A stretch of DNA of 64,000 nucleotides, taken from positions 1 through 64,000 of the forward strand of contig JAQGDQ010000872.1 of the NCBI GenBank assembly GCA_030141605.1. The letters run 5' to 3'. Shown in pieces: positions 11,901 to 26,900 of the stretch (position 1 is the stretch's first letter; each line of letters begins with the position of its first letter). A program made the translations under genes and the position numbers. Source of the stretch: Tubiluchus corallicola (lineage: Eukaryota; Animalia; Priapulida). Under the pieces are notes generated by a model. That model was not told the DNA's origin. It worked only from the letters and a program-made list of their open reading frames with translations, and ran no database searches.

Positions 11901-14900
11901 ACAACACTAGTAACATTAGTAATATTTTAATTAAAGAATGTAGAACTTATAAGCAATAAACCATATAAAGTGTTTAATTTAAGAGCCAAATGTTATTGAT
12001 TTTTCTCCTGCAAGATTACAGAACCTTTTAGCATAGCCACCCTCAGTGGTTTTTGCCCCACTGCAAGCAACTGAACGTTTTTACATAGCCAAGCACTATA
12101 GATTTTTGCTCCCAGAATGCAAATGAATACTTTTACATTGTTTCTTACGGAAAACATTGTTTCGTTTAGCAACGTTTCACTTAACGACGCATTTTGCTCT
12201 AATTCTCTTTAATGCTTTGCACAAACTAGTTAAGAAAAAATTAACACAACGTTGCAACTCAACTGAACATACAAATCTAAGTGTTACAATACAAATAAAG
12301 CTTAAGAAATGAAAGTGTTTAGTGTTTAGTTACTACTTAATGCTTTGAATGAAGTGCAAACAAATGAAAATTTAAAGTGATTTGTTCTTGAGAAGGGCAA
12401 ATTTCATCTTACTTTGTGGAGGAGAAACGTACATTTTTCATGCAGAGGATGAAACTTGTCTGCGGTAATTTTCTTTAACATCTTGAATAGCATATCATCA
12501 CACAGAACAGTATGGTCAAGAATCATTATTCTTACAAAAAGATTTATACATTTTCTTCTTGATCTTTCTACATCTATTTTACGATAGTTAGCAAGCATAT
12601 GAAAAAGTCCTCATTACTGCAGTTCAGAACACAAGAGATGGCTGTTTTATAAAACATAATTATTAGTGAATTATCAACATTAAGACTTTTGCATTTTTCG
12701 AATAAAGTGTAGTTTTTTTTTTGCAAGCCTTGCTGACTACATGAGAGACATGTGAAGAGAATGTTAATTTCTCATCTATAAAACATCCAATATACTTGTA
12801 ACAATCAACTATTTCTACCTCAGTATCTACGACGCCAACAAGCAAAATCGCAGATTTATTGCTGCTGCACAATTCAATAGCATTAATAATAATAATAGTC
12901 ATAGACGTTTGGACATAATTCAAGGATAACACCTGAAGTAATTCAATGCTTATTTCCAAAGTGTTCCCGATTATTATTACCCGCACGTTACTTAGATAAA
13001 CCCGCGTGCTTAGTCGAAGAACCAGCAGTACCATTTTTCAAGTCTTTGCTACGACTCGGTCGAGAATTGAACCCGCGATCTCCCGGGTGGTAAGCGAGCC
13101 CGTTACCACTGAGCTACACCACCCGGTACTCATTGCTGAGCACGTACTTATAGTCAGATTCGTCGTTGTTTGAAACAAGACCTAATGTCACAGTGTCACT
13201 AGCAAATGAACACTCACCGTGTCATCCTTTTCTGGAAATATTTTAACGACTTAACGGGAGAATTTTGCCATGCAGGCTCCGCACATATACTTGCTTTCCA
13301 TCCCCTAAGAAAAAAAAACAAGCAAACTAAGAAGTCAGAAAAGTACGTGTATCAAAAATATTGCCTACCAATTTCATCCGTAGCTATTACTATAATAACT
13401 ATGTACAGTACACCCCGCATAACTTAAATCCACCCGGACCAAAAAAACTTCGAGTTAGGTGATATTGGACCAATTTCCAGCATAGTAACTCTAAAACCCT
13501 CCTCCAGATGGGGAGCTAAATAGAAGGCAGAAAGTCAACCCTTCTATTACATAAACGACGACATTTGACGACAATTACGTAAAGAAAAACAAATTATGTA
13601 GAGAAACACAATTTTTTATGTTACAAAAGGACACGTACACAACATTGTTAAACGATATGACAGAGGGGGGACTTGTAAGATATCAGAATTTTCTGGGAAG
13701 ACGATACTGTTTTTGAATTGCAAGAAATCTTGTTTTTCTAGAGTATATATAGCATTTTTGAGTCGGGCGAAGTAAATTACATGCATCTTGATTAAATGCA
13801 CCAAAATTTTTTATTTGAGTTGGGCTAAATTTTGAGTTATATATTTCGAGTTAAGCGATATTTTTTTTTGAGGGAAAAAAGAAGGTTTCCATTCGTTCCG
13901 TTGAAATTCTTTAATTTAGGCAAAAATTTCAGTTATGCGATTTTGAGTTACGCCGAGTTTACTGTACCATCATATTGGCATGAAATCTGCTTTCTGATAC
14001 ATTAAAATTAATCCTAAAATATACTTATAATCAAGAAAACGACAACAAATCATCTTAAACTGTTACAATTTGTAATACTTGTAGCATTGTACAATAAATC
14101 AAGTACAGAAAGGTGTCTTCTACCTATCCAATATAGATTTTGCTATAAAGTAGTCTTCTGCAATGTACTGACTAAACGTTGCTAGTCCGCCCACTTCGTC
14201 AAGAACATTCTTACGCATCATACTAGACATGCCGTTACAGATGTTTGAGCCGATGAAATCAGCCACCAAGTATATCCTTGCGTGAGCAGTCCCAAAATAC
14301 ACCTAAAAACATGGAAAGAGTTATACACTTAATAAAGTAGGCCTACACTTTTATTGGCATCTAGTCAGCAAAACACAGCTAATTGAAACAGATACATGAT
14401 TTATGCATGAGCCTAAACTCTTAACCTTTTCAGTCCCAAATTATTTTTTTAATAAGAGAGAATTTTTTGGCTTGGTACTTTTGTTCAGTATGTCCATCTT
14501 GTTTACACATAATAATTATTTTTTTCTACCTGTACCCGCGTGCTAAATATAGCCTGTATCCCACGGGATACATTGGGATTCAATGGAAGCATAAAATGTG
14601 CTTCATTTTGCAACTGCTGATAATTTTTTAAAGTATTTTAGACATTTAGTATGTGTGCTATGCTGATCTGTACAAAGTTGTCTCTAGAGTACTGTACCTT
14701 GAGCAGTTTTTTATGCTACGTAGATTTTCTAGTTTGCCATTTTATCACCATTTTTAGCCTAATGTTATTAGCTTAAATCAAAATAACTATTATCAGATCA
14801 AATAACTGTCAGTTTTAAAATTTTATTAATTTTAAAGGCATAAAATATCCTCGTATCTTGCAAACATAGATATCTATTGATATATATATATAAATAGATA

Positions 14901-17900
14901 AATATTTTCTATGCATAGCGTAGTTACAAATACAAATCTATGGCCTAATCTATGGGCTGGAAGCAGCACCTCTAAAGAAGACCGAAGAGAAGAAAATGGA
15001 TGTGGCGGAGATGAGGATGTTGAGATGGATGGTGGGAGTAACAAGAAGGGATAAAATCAGGAATAGTAATATTAGAGGAACAGTGAAAGTAGTGGAAGCC
15101 TCGAAAAGGATACAAGAGGCAAGATTGCGATGGTATGGGCACCTGAGAAGAAGAGTCGGGGAAGATCACGTGGGAAGGGAGGTCATGGAAATGGAAGTGC
15201 TGGGAAATAGAAGAAGAGGATGACCCAAGCTGAGATGGTTTGAATGCATTAACGGAGACCTTAGAGAGAAGAACATAAATGAAGAGATGGTCAACAACAG
15301 GAATGCGTGGAGAAGACTCATTCACAACGGCGACCCCGTATAGGGAAAAACTGGGAAGAAGAAGAAGAAGAAGTGTAGTTACAAGAGCAAATGCTAGATA
15401 AGCTTGTCTGGGTAACTACTACAGTAAATTATGTATAACTCGAACACCTCGGGAGCGGAAAATATGTTTGAGTTATGCGAAAGTTTGAGTTAGACAATGT
15501 TCGTAAGAAAACAAGATTGAGTCACTCATCAATGTTGGACAGTACACTAGTAAAATTGTAGCCTGTGAAAATGACAAACTGAGACTTTAATCAAATATCA
15601 AACAACAACTTTAACGAATAATTAAAAATAAAATGACTGGTCCACCTCTATTTTCTCTGAGTATCACGGTTAATAGAATTCAGCAGTAATAATATTGTGA
15701 TATACACTAAACCGCATTCGTTAAGCCGTGTTGTGTGAGGCGTTCTATTAAGGCAATACAAGAAATCTTAGCATTGTTGCTAAAACTAGCAGTTAAAATT
15801 TGTAATGCGATGCACACTTTCGCATAGGATTTCTCGCTTGGAAGGTTGTGGAGATAGGACAGGTAATTAAATGAGATTCTTAAAAATTGTAAAGGGATTT
15901 CGGTTTAGTTTACGTGCTAATTCAAGTTACAGATTTTGAATTACGCAATGTTTGTTAAAGAGAAAAATGAAAGGAAAAATCCGTTCCAGGAGATTTGGCA
16001 AGATACGCAAGAATTCTAGTTATACCAAGGCTACATAAGATTATGGATATCCATAAAATAAGACCAAAAATCCATAAAATAAAATTTGAAAAATTCATAA
16101 AATAAGAAATGCATAAAATAAAAAATATTTTGTTTTTGTGATTTTTTGTACAAAGTAACGAGTTGTAAGCATTGGCAACACTGAAAACGAATGTTAGAAG
16201 GAGAGAAAGAGAAAGAAAACAAACCAACAAAAGCGCATTTCCGGATTTGCTATTTTACATTGTTTTTTTTCTCATTGTCTTTTTGTTATCAAGATGGCGA
16301 AGTTTCAACCAAAGGATGAGCTGGAGTTCGGTCTGAAACTAAGTCCTGCGTGTTTAAAAACACGTTTCAAGCCTCCTGTTTTTACTTTTTAATTGATTTC
16401 CCCCTGGGCATCTCGTTCCAGATAGAGTCTATTTCTTATTTTATTGATATCCATAAAATAAAATTTCAAAAATCCATAAAATAAGCTATTTTATTTAATT
16501 TATACATATCCATAATCTTATGCACCTTGGTTATACCAGATCGAGTTACACTTAGTTTACTGTACACAAATTACAAAATATTTTCATCATAGACCAACCA
16601 ATTCAAATTCAACTTCAAACTTGGTTTATTTGAGTTCAAACACAAAATAATACAGGATTTCATGACAGCTCTAAATGAAATGCAAACCTTCTCAACAACA
16701 GCAGGAAATCCGGCAGAATTGCAGACAAACGGAATCTGATGAACCAACGCCACTTCGTCTGTCATTGTATTGACCATGTCAGTAAGTGTGTCTTCCTTCA
16801 CTGTAAAAAAACCGCTTATAGTAACAATTATGAAGAATTTCTGAAGGTAAATTGCTAAGACATCAGCATAGGTAGAATACAGGTGAGCTTATTTATACAA
16901 ATCAGTAACAACACATGCTTATTCAAAGATCTCTGACAGCCAACTGACCAGGTAAGTTTTCCATGAAGCAAGGAAGCCAGCAATTCAATGAAAGGTAAAT
17001 GTTATGCAGACTAGTTCAAGGATGAAAATTTAGACTGTATATAAAGAAATCGACTTATTTTACAGCTGAAATTTCTTGTGTGGGATTTTTTAATGTTTTA
17101 ACCAGAGAATGTAATAATATGACATAATAAATAAAAAATAATGACATATGACATAATAATAAAAAATAAAATCAAGAAATCGTGAGCTTTACGACAACAA
17201 TAAACTTAATAAAAAACAACTAGAATGCCAGTAAACATAGTAAATACCACTGCAGGATGACAAGTTTACTATATGTCAACAACATTTGTGCTAGTAAGAC
17301 AGCCAACCAGCTAAGGCCTTACAAAATCATTACAGTACATGCTAGCCTACTTTAAACATTAATGAGTCATCACCACCACCATTAGATCATCAATATCATA
17401 GTCATCACCAACATCACTGTCAACAACATCATCAGAAAAACAAACAAACAAACCACAATAATAATAATAACAACAATGACACCAACAACAGCAGCAGCAA
17501 CAATAACACTGACAAAGTAATGTTACAAATGAACTTTACAATACCTTTACTTGCATTTGAGATCAAGAAACTTTAAGGTAGGCTTAAGTCGACCGATCTT
17601 GCAAAGCAATGCAACTGAAGACATGGCAATTAGCTGTGATGGTACGGTGTTAGTTAAGACTATCAGTCAATATGAGCAAGTATACGATGCAACGCAATGC
17701 TCGTATCCACCTATTTTAACTTGAGCAGTGTTCGACGATGACTGTGGTTTGGTCACATGGTCTGGTCAGGGATTTTTCCATGCGCGTGCGCCCAGTCGTC
17801 ATTGACATGAGCAGTGTTGCGACTCGCAGGAACTCGTGTCCTCTTAGTTGCTGAAAATCAGTCACAGTTGACCTGAGTGTGAGACTACAGCTGTTTCTGC

Positions 17901-20900
17901 CAGTTACATTGCCTCGCAGGTTGACCTAAGTTGCTGGAAATCAGTCACAGTTGACCTGAGTGTGAGACTACAACTGTTTCTGCCAGTTACATTGCCTCGC
18001 AGGTTGACCTAAGTTGCTGGAAATCAGTCACAGTTGACCTGAGTGTGAGACTACAACTGTTTCTGCCAGTTACATTGCCTCGCAGGTTGACCTAAGTTGC
18101 TGGAAATCAGTCACAGTTGACCTGAGTGTGAGACTACAACTGTTTCTGTCAGTTACATTGCCTCGCAGGTTGACCTAAGTTGCTGGAAATCAATCACAGT
18201 TGACCTGAGTGTGAGACTACAACTGTTTCTGCCAGTTACATTGCCTCGCAGGTTGACCTAAGTTGCCGGAAATCAGTCACAGTTGACCTGAGTGTGAGAC
18301 TACAACTGTTTCTGCCAGTTACAGTGCCTCGCAGGTTGACCTAAGTTGCCGGAAATCAGTCACAGTTGACCTGAGTGTGAGACTACAACTGTTTCTGCCA
18401 GTTACATTGCCTCGCAGGTTGACCTAGGCTTGCATTTTCACATATAAACAGAAATTTCCAAGTCATTTTTCACAGACTTTTGCGTTTAATGGCATCTTAA
18501 CAGGGACGATAATAAACACAATAAAACACAAGTAGACTCACTCTGCAAGGCAGCATCAGAAACCATGACTAAATCATATTCGGCTGCTTCATAGGCTGGG
18601 ATCATGTTGTTAATTTTTGGATTTATCCCAACAGTTTTACCACCTGCATAATTTAAATATACATTATGGGAATCAGTAAAAACAATAGACAATTAACGCA
18701 ATTTGTACATTCGTGCACTTGCCACGCCTCTCTTATTATGTAACTTTAGACGAATCAATGCTTTTCAATTCACTTACAATAACAGCAGCAACATGTTTGA
18801 TTCTAAAGGAAGGTCGATTTACTGGTTGACTGAAATTAAGGTCAGTTTTAGGGAGAACATTTGGTCAAGTTTTTACCGATAGCAGAAAAATGCTTATTAA
18901 ATGCATCTGTGACATCAGCAAAATTGATCCTTGCCGTCAAAATTTAACTTAATTGCTTTAGCATGGTATTTACCAAATGTAAAAACTTGAAGCTGTGCAG
19001 TTGACTGGAATGTAAAAAGGAACCATTGTACCATGGAAACTACGGCCAAATCGCGTTGAAAACACCGGTTCTCGTCTGATCACCGAAATTAAGCAACGTA
19101 GAGCCTGGTTAGTACTTGGATGGGTGACCACCTAGGAATACCAGGTGCTGTAGGCTTGCGGGATGCCCACACTGTATCTCGACACTAGGCGGAGGAGCTG
19201 CACAAGCAGCCAACGGCTAGAGGGCGGAGGAGGTCAAGTGACTCAATGGCCATGTGTAGAGGAGTAAACCTTCCAAATCAGGAGTGGAGCCCCGATGGCG
19301 GACCAGTGTAGCATGCTCCCTGACTCCGGCAGCTCCTGCAGCCAACCTGGTGCTAAACGTATCGTTCCGCTTTCCTTTGGACTAGACCAGGGAGGAATAG
19401 AGGGGTTCCTATTGTCTGGGCAACTCAGGATCTCCATACACCTTGCCCAGGCCTGTGCCATGGAGAGGCCACTCCAGTGGTTCAAGGATAGGATTGCTCA
19501 GCCACAGTCGACTCTGCAGCTCCATCAATGTGATCAATAACTGACTCTATTGGCACACACTCCATTGTCTTCCGAGACAGAAGGATGCCAACATAAACCA
19601 TTGTCAAGAAGAGAATATATCATTAAAAATAAGCTAAAAGATCTGATTCTCTTAAAGACTTACCAATGAAGACTCTAGCAGACACGTTAGGATATTTATC
19701 AATTAACATCTGAGTAAGCATCAATGCAGAGTCTGTTTCATCGGGCAGACAGAAAAGCAGCTCATACTGAAAAACAAATTTATTGAAATCTAAATTTAAT
19801 AAGATTTATTAAACTCATTTTAAAACAAATCAGTGCAGCGAGTCCTTAATGCATTCCAGCAAAATGCGACGTTAAGCGAAACGTCGTTAAACGAAACCAA
19901 CGCTATGAAAGATGAGAAATTAGAAATGACATTCTAAAAGAAATTCAAGCGGCAAAAATCAATGCTTACATTACATTAGCTTATTTCATTCATATAAACT
20001 AAACGTTTTACGAGTTTTATTTATACTTCAACAGATTAATTTCATTCTGTTTGTTTTAAACTACCTATCTTTCTTATCAATACTTAGCTAATGGTTTCGT
20101 TAACATTGACGCAGTTAGTGATCAAACACTGCACAGAAAAGGAAAAGGAATTGAAACAAATGCGTCTAGATACTGGTTGCTATAGCAACAGGTTGCATGC
20201 AAAATTCCTTTCTATAAAGTTTGCACCTAGACATTTGGAGGTGTATCGCAAATACATCTCGCTTTGTACAAATTGCTAGCATTTAGCAGTCAGTCGGCAA
20301 GCAAAAATATAAATAATAATTATACTAGTTTAAATCACTTACGCCATTCCAGAACCAAAAATGCAATATGTACTGCTTTAATGCTTCAAATTGGGTAAAA
20401 ATGTTGTTGAGAAAATAAAAATGGCTTTCAGCAAAGTAAAAACATCGACGTTAAAATTAAACATGGCCGTTAAGCGAGGCAAAGACGTCAAATGTTTACA
20501 GCGTCGCTAAAACGAAACGTCACTGAATTAGGAGTCACTAAGCAAGGACTCGCGGAATTTAATTACTCGAAACACTAAAAATAAAAATATCTAGTACCTT
20601 GGGATATTTAATATTAAAAAATGTCTCCAAGTTTATTGCAAGATTATCATCAGCACCAACAAGAGGTTTGATTATTGACACACCAGGAGAATCGGCTTTG
20701 CAATATAGAAGAGGTTTGCGTCGATATAGTCTCCATTTTCTGTACAAGACAACAATAATATACAGTATCTGCAAAAGTTGGGAAGAACACAGAGCATTGT
20801 AGAAAAACGTTACAGATTTGCAAACGATAGACAAACAGCCAGCAATTGAATTGTTTATTTCAACCACTAACACAAAAATTCATTAACTAATTTGAATGAC

Positions 20901-23900
20901 TGCACTGGTTTGCTTAACTTAACACTAAATAAGTAACAACAAATTCAAAGGCAGGTCCCAAGCAAGTTGCTATACCACAATGGTGCTATGTGATAAGAAT
21001 AAAATTTCTGTAAAATAAGCCTGCGTGTGTGTCAATACTTTTAAAATCACGGGACAGATATGCTTCCTATTCCCAAACGTATGTAGAACTACTGGATGTC
21101 TATGTTCCAGTGGCGGCTCGCGTGTAGGTACTGTGGAACTGGAGCACCCCCTACTTTCGCTCAATATTATCGATAATATTCAATATAATAAGTCTTTTTT
21201 ATTCAGATCTTCTTTATACTTATACGGTCCAGAGCACGTGAGGGTAGTACCGTTTGCTTCACAGCCCAGCAGAGTGGCGTGTTTGGCTGTTGTGTGCATG
21301 CGGCCATGCGCACATCTGAGGTAACACACTGTGCACTGTTGCTCACACAGTTTGTTGTCAGTTGTCACGTGCTTAAAAACAGAGTATCATTATATTCTTG
21401 AACCGCAGCAATTGAGGCTGTTAGTAAACAAAAATGTTTTGTTGAGGGTTTTATCAAGTTAATGTATAAATTTTTGTATGTTAAAATTACAATTACAAAT
21501 TTCAAAAATAAAATTACATATGTAAGTTTCATTTTACACAGTATTAAAACAATGGTTAAAAATTTTCTGAAGCAGCAGCCCCAGTAATTTTAACTACGAG
21601 CCGCCACTGCTATGTTCTATTCAGTATGTGAGTTGCAAGGGGAATACTTTCTGTTTCTCCTACACTACGCCACCTGTAATTTATGTTACCTACACAATTA
21701 ATTAATATCTTCAACCAGAACAGGTAAAACACAATGAAGGATGCATTAGACAGGTAAAACCAACTTGTGGTTCCGCATCTTCTAAGTTTGTGTCTTGAAT
21801 CTGTTTTAGTTATTATTTTTGTGTGCTGTCTTAATTGTTAATACGTTCAAAATTTCAGAAGTGGAATTCAAATGGCCAGATTTCATTTCTTAAAAGTAGA
21901 CAAAAATTCATTCTTATTTATTCAGTTTTATTACTGTAAATACTACGTATTATACTTACATTTTCTCAAGAAAAAACTTTGAGTTTTTCCAACTTCATTA
22001 GCGATCCAACTTATTATAATTACGTCTCAAACAAAATAACATAAAAATGCAGTATTTTTAAATACTATTGTTTATCTTTTTTAATTCTGTTCAAGAACTT
22101 CTGTTTATACATTAAAATTATTTTGAAATTTAACAAATTTGTAGTGATAAAAAAAACAAGTGTTCACCGCAGCAGCAAAATCATATAGGCTGAGTTATAA
22201 TGCTTCACAATGAAACAACTAAACTTTGTATGTTGAAACAATTAAACTTTATACATTGACTAAGGTTGAAACGGTTAGGATTTTTTACTAATTATTAATT
22301 GCGGTCGGTTAACCTTTTATCCATGCTGGATGATGTCGTACATATGACAAAATATCGAATACGTAACAAACTAATATGAAGAAATTGCCCAACTCTAATC
22401 CCCATTATATAATCATAGAAATTCACTCAACTTGGTATGTCTTTAGAACGTGAATAAATTATGTGCAATTTCCACTATTTGAAGAAGTTTTTGAACAACA
22501 AATTTTAAATTATAAAGCAGTAAAAGTGACACAATTACCCCCAAATTTCATTTTACAATTAACCCCAAATTTCAATCTATAGAGAAATACCTGCGCTGCA
22601 ATTACCCCTTCGAATCACGCCATGTTTACTCACACATTGTTGGTTGTACATAAACTCACATGTTTTCAGAGACTGCCACGCTAGAATCGCCACGTGCGCA
22701 AACTCCGAATATTAATGCATAACGAACAATAAAGCACCTTGGGTTAGTCTTGCTTTCACGACTCCATGTTTTCAGTACTGTAACAGTTATACCAGGGCAG
22801 AGTTACGATCATGCAAACTAAGAGAAAATATGGGAATTTCAACGATACAAGGTTTAAAAAGTCACAAGGAGATCATACGTGTTAGTTTTAACATGTTGTA
22901 GGATCTTTCTGCCTATGCAGCTGATGAGCAAATAGTGCTTATACTATAGGTTACGTTTGCACTCTGCCGATATGAAGGAAGTCTTGCGATGGTTTATCAA
23001 TGATTTTCTGTGTGCGTGATAGAACTTGTTTGTGAAAAAATTGTGTTATGTTAAAATGTAAAGGAAAATAATGGTTAAACGGTTAGTGATTTTCTAAACG
23101 GTTACACCAGATGGCAGTCGGTTAAACGTTTAAACAGCTAACCGTCTCAACCTTAACATTGACATAAGAAACCAGTTTAACAATTTGATCCATGCATCAA
23201 ATACTTATTTAAAAAATGTCAAAAAATATGCATCAAACTTCATTTTCCTCATTGACCTTGTTGGACATCTCAATCAATCTGAAAAAGAAATCAGATACTT
23301 TAATCTTTATCAATAAAATCTAAATACACCGAATAAATCAAAAACATGATGGAAATTAGCACTTCAAACAGGTTCAAGTTATTCTAATAATATCTTTTGT
23401 AATAAAAATATGATTTTTAACTAACAGCAGTTTGTTTGAAACATAGTTGGTTACGTAAAATAACTCAATTTTATCACATTTAAGTTACTAAACATTACAC
23501 TGGTTCTAATTATCGATAAACAACAGTACTTTGGAAGATAGACATTCCAGAATTCCGACTGCCGTGGAATATAACCGGCCTTGACAATCAAAGCATTCTC
23601 AACGGAAAGGTAGAGGCCATTTTTCTCTCCAAGCTGAGTCCAATTGATGTTGATCCTTTGGCCGTTAATTACAAGCCCACCATTGTTAGGTGTAGGGTGA
23701 CTATAATAGACAGATTGTGGAAGTTAATCAACTAATTTTATCATCATAATATCTGTTCATGCAAACAAAAACCGTCTGTAAGTCGGCATAGTTAAAACTA
23801 CGTTACAATGCTTCAAAGCAGAGTACATCGAAAATTTTGTCAAATGCCAATTTTTTTGTTTTTTATAAAAAGAAATGCTAAATATATTGGATTTTATATT

Positions 23901-26900
23901 CTAGCATCAAATTATCAAGAGTGTTCAAAAAATACTAGAATTCTAATTTTATAATCCTGTGCCCACTTTTCTGTCTACAAACTAGTACTGTAATTGTAAA
24001 AAACTTGTATTTTCAAATTCCGATAGTAGCTCGTGGAAGCTGTCATTTTGCTTGGGGTTTTTCTGTTGCCAAGACCAGATCTTTGTCATTAAGAGCCAGC
24101 TACTGGATTTAAACATAACTTCAATGTGTTCTTGTAAAGTTCATAGCAACCAACGTTTGTACGGTTGCTAAGTGTTTTATAGAAACGCGACAAAAATAAT
24201 GGTTAACTTTAACAGAGATTTTCTCAAGGTTATGTTTTTCACTGCGTAGCCTGCACCTCAACTTCAATGTTGATTATCTCAGCTTAGAAATAACATAGAG
24301 TGATGAACTTGGTATCAAAATGATCCTCATGAGATTCTAGGTAAGGTTCTAGCTAGCTGTTTAGACTGTTACTATTACAATAGCTTGGGCTGCGAGGCGT
24401 TGTCAAGTGTACACAAATGTGTTGTTTGGTGCACTTAACCTTTGACCTTTTCACGATCATCATCAATCGCTGAATCTGTGATAAGGCTAATTACTGCATA
24501 TTTACCCAAATTTGACAAAATTAGTCAGTAGAGCTGTCATAATGTTTGAAATAATTCTATCTCTATTGTCAAACAATGCAAATGAAGGTATGCAGACGTC
24601 TTCCCCATTCAGCTCAATGCAGTAGACATAACCGGGTCTGTGGGGGGTGCCAAAGTCATATAATACATTTAAGCCCTGCGGAACAACTGAAATAAAATGG
24701 AATATGGTTCAATTAAAACCAAGAATTTTAATTTCCCGATCAGAAAAGCACAGAGACAGTTTAACTCCTTCAGGACCACACCAGTCAAAATAAATCTTAT
24801 AAGACCTATGACTCAAATGCAACTGTATGAACACAGACGTAACTAAATGATTACAAACTATGTACTGTTCTATTGAGGAGAATCTCGGCAATCCAATCAT
24901 GCTATTTGTTTAAACATTTACAAGTGACTTAATTTGATAAAATTAAGAAAAACATGCACTTTTCAGCCAACTTAGCTTACCAAATAGCTTAGTTTGATGT
25001 ACACTTGCATGATCGTATAAACTATTTTATTGATCGCCTGATTGCTACAGCCCAAGACAGCAGTCTGTTGTACAGAGTTCTAGGAAAAGCCATGCGATCA
25101 GCCAAGAAAAAATTAAGGTCGTTTCATCTTTTAAAAGAAACTTCTTCTTAAAAATACAGTAGACTTAAGGCCAAAGTGTATCAGAGTGTTGTGCTTGGAT
25201 AGTTGAAATTTTCCGCATTAGCCAATTTCGCAGAAGCGATACTATACATTGTTACAGTGCAAACACTACAGTTTACTGGAAGCTTTTTTCAATTTTTTTT
25301 CATCAAAAATCTATTTCTAATCTATCTAAGATAAGCAAATGCATTTCATATATAATTTTGCACGAAAATCATTGTGTGAGAAACCTACAAAAATTAGCGA
25401 CTGTAATGTAATCATTGCTTAGTGAGGGCAGGTTTCATGAACATGCAAAATGCAATAAAACCCTTATGGTCCTGAAGGAGTTAAGAAACAGTAGTTGAAT
25501 AAAAAGAGCCAAAAGACCATCTTACAGACCTAAGTATCAACATATGAATTATAAGATGTTAAACTTTTGCTTTAAAATCAGTTCAAGAAACTCACGCTGC
25601 CCATATGGAGATCGGTTTGGGAAATAATTGAAAGCAAAAGCCCAAAACGGAACACTGTTGTTTACGTGAAACTGAGACTCTAGGTCCATTGGAGCTGCAA
25701 ATAATGCATCAGTCACAACCTGTAACAAAGAGAATGATAAGGAATTGATAACAACAAAATAGTGTGAAATGGTCAAATTTATAGTAATGGTCTTCAATGT
25801 ATAATTTCTTACAGTCCACTGAGTGTTAATTATCCAAATTGACTCAGTGGCTTTTTAACCAACTTATTTACTTGGGGGAGGGGGGGTCAGTTTATCTTCA
25901 ACAGATCTAATATGTCCACTGTCAAAAAATTAATTTCTGCAGATGTCTTAGTTGAAACTGTCGTTACCTTTAGTCTATATTTACCTTCTGAAATTATCTA
26001 CAATAATGTATTTACTGAAATATGGAAAGCTGACGCAAGTTTTAAACATTTTAGCTTGAAAAAGCTGCCATGATTTAAAATAATGATCATTAAACCCATG
26101 GAACCTAGCCACGGGGGGGGGGGGGGGGAGGCAAGCCAGCCCAACTCAGATCCGGTCCCAAGCCAAAACTGCGCCAAAACCTTCTATGAATGAGTCGGTG
26201 AGACTTAAAGGGAAAGTCCACAAAGAAGCGGTCAGACCCGCTCTAATCTATGGGCTGGAAGCAGCTTCTCTAAAGAAGACCGAAGAGAAGAAAATGGGTG
26301 TGGTGGAGATGAGGATGTTGAGATGGATGGTGGGAATAACAAGAAGAGATAAAATTAGAAATAATAATATCAGAGGAACAGTAAAAGTAGTGGAAGCCTC
26401 GCAAGATTGCGATGGTATGGACACCTGAAAAGAAGAGTTGGTGAAGATCATGTGGGAAGGGAAGACATAAATGAAGAGATGGTCAACAACAGGAATGCTT
26501 GGAGAAGACTCATTCACAACGGCGACCCCGAATAGGGAAAAGCTGGGAAGAAGAAGAAGATCATTAAACCCATGGAGAGACGTAGTCAGAACACATATTT
26601 CAATGTAACCGGCAAAATTGCTGCAGAAAAAACCATTACTGGCATTTTGTCAGCAAAAATTAAATTGCACGTAAGACAACGGAAACACGATTTTAAAACA
26701 GAATTCTAAAATGTTTCAATAAGTTGTTTACATTTATAATTGATTCAAGCGCATGAGCATTGTTCGCTTGTCCTTCCCACCGATGATACTCAAGAAATAT
26801 CGCATCACCCACGAGTCCACTAGGGTCCCTTAATCCGATTTTCTGCTTCAGAACAGTAATGAGAGAGTTCTGCCAACTTTCTTGTGTCACATCATTTAAC

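Noticed and set aside
13050-13126. tRNA gene
   Set aside because: A and B boxes are present but the acceptor stem is poor and it continues into a SINE body.
19038-19157. Functional 5S rRNA gene (also 32446-32565)
   Set aside because: No oligo-T terminator, substitutions between copies, dispersed intronic location, and fusion to a shared retroposon-like body.
19158-19225. HDV-like ribozyme in the SINE body (GCTGC-ACAA-GCAGC hairpin followed by CAA)
   Set aside because: Could not build P2 or a proper P1/P1.1 pairing by eye.
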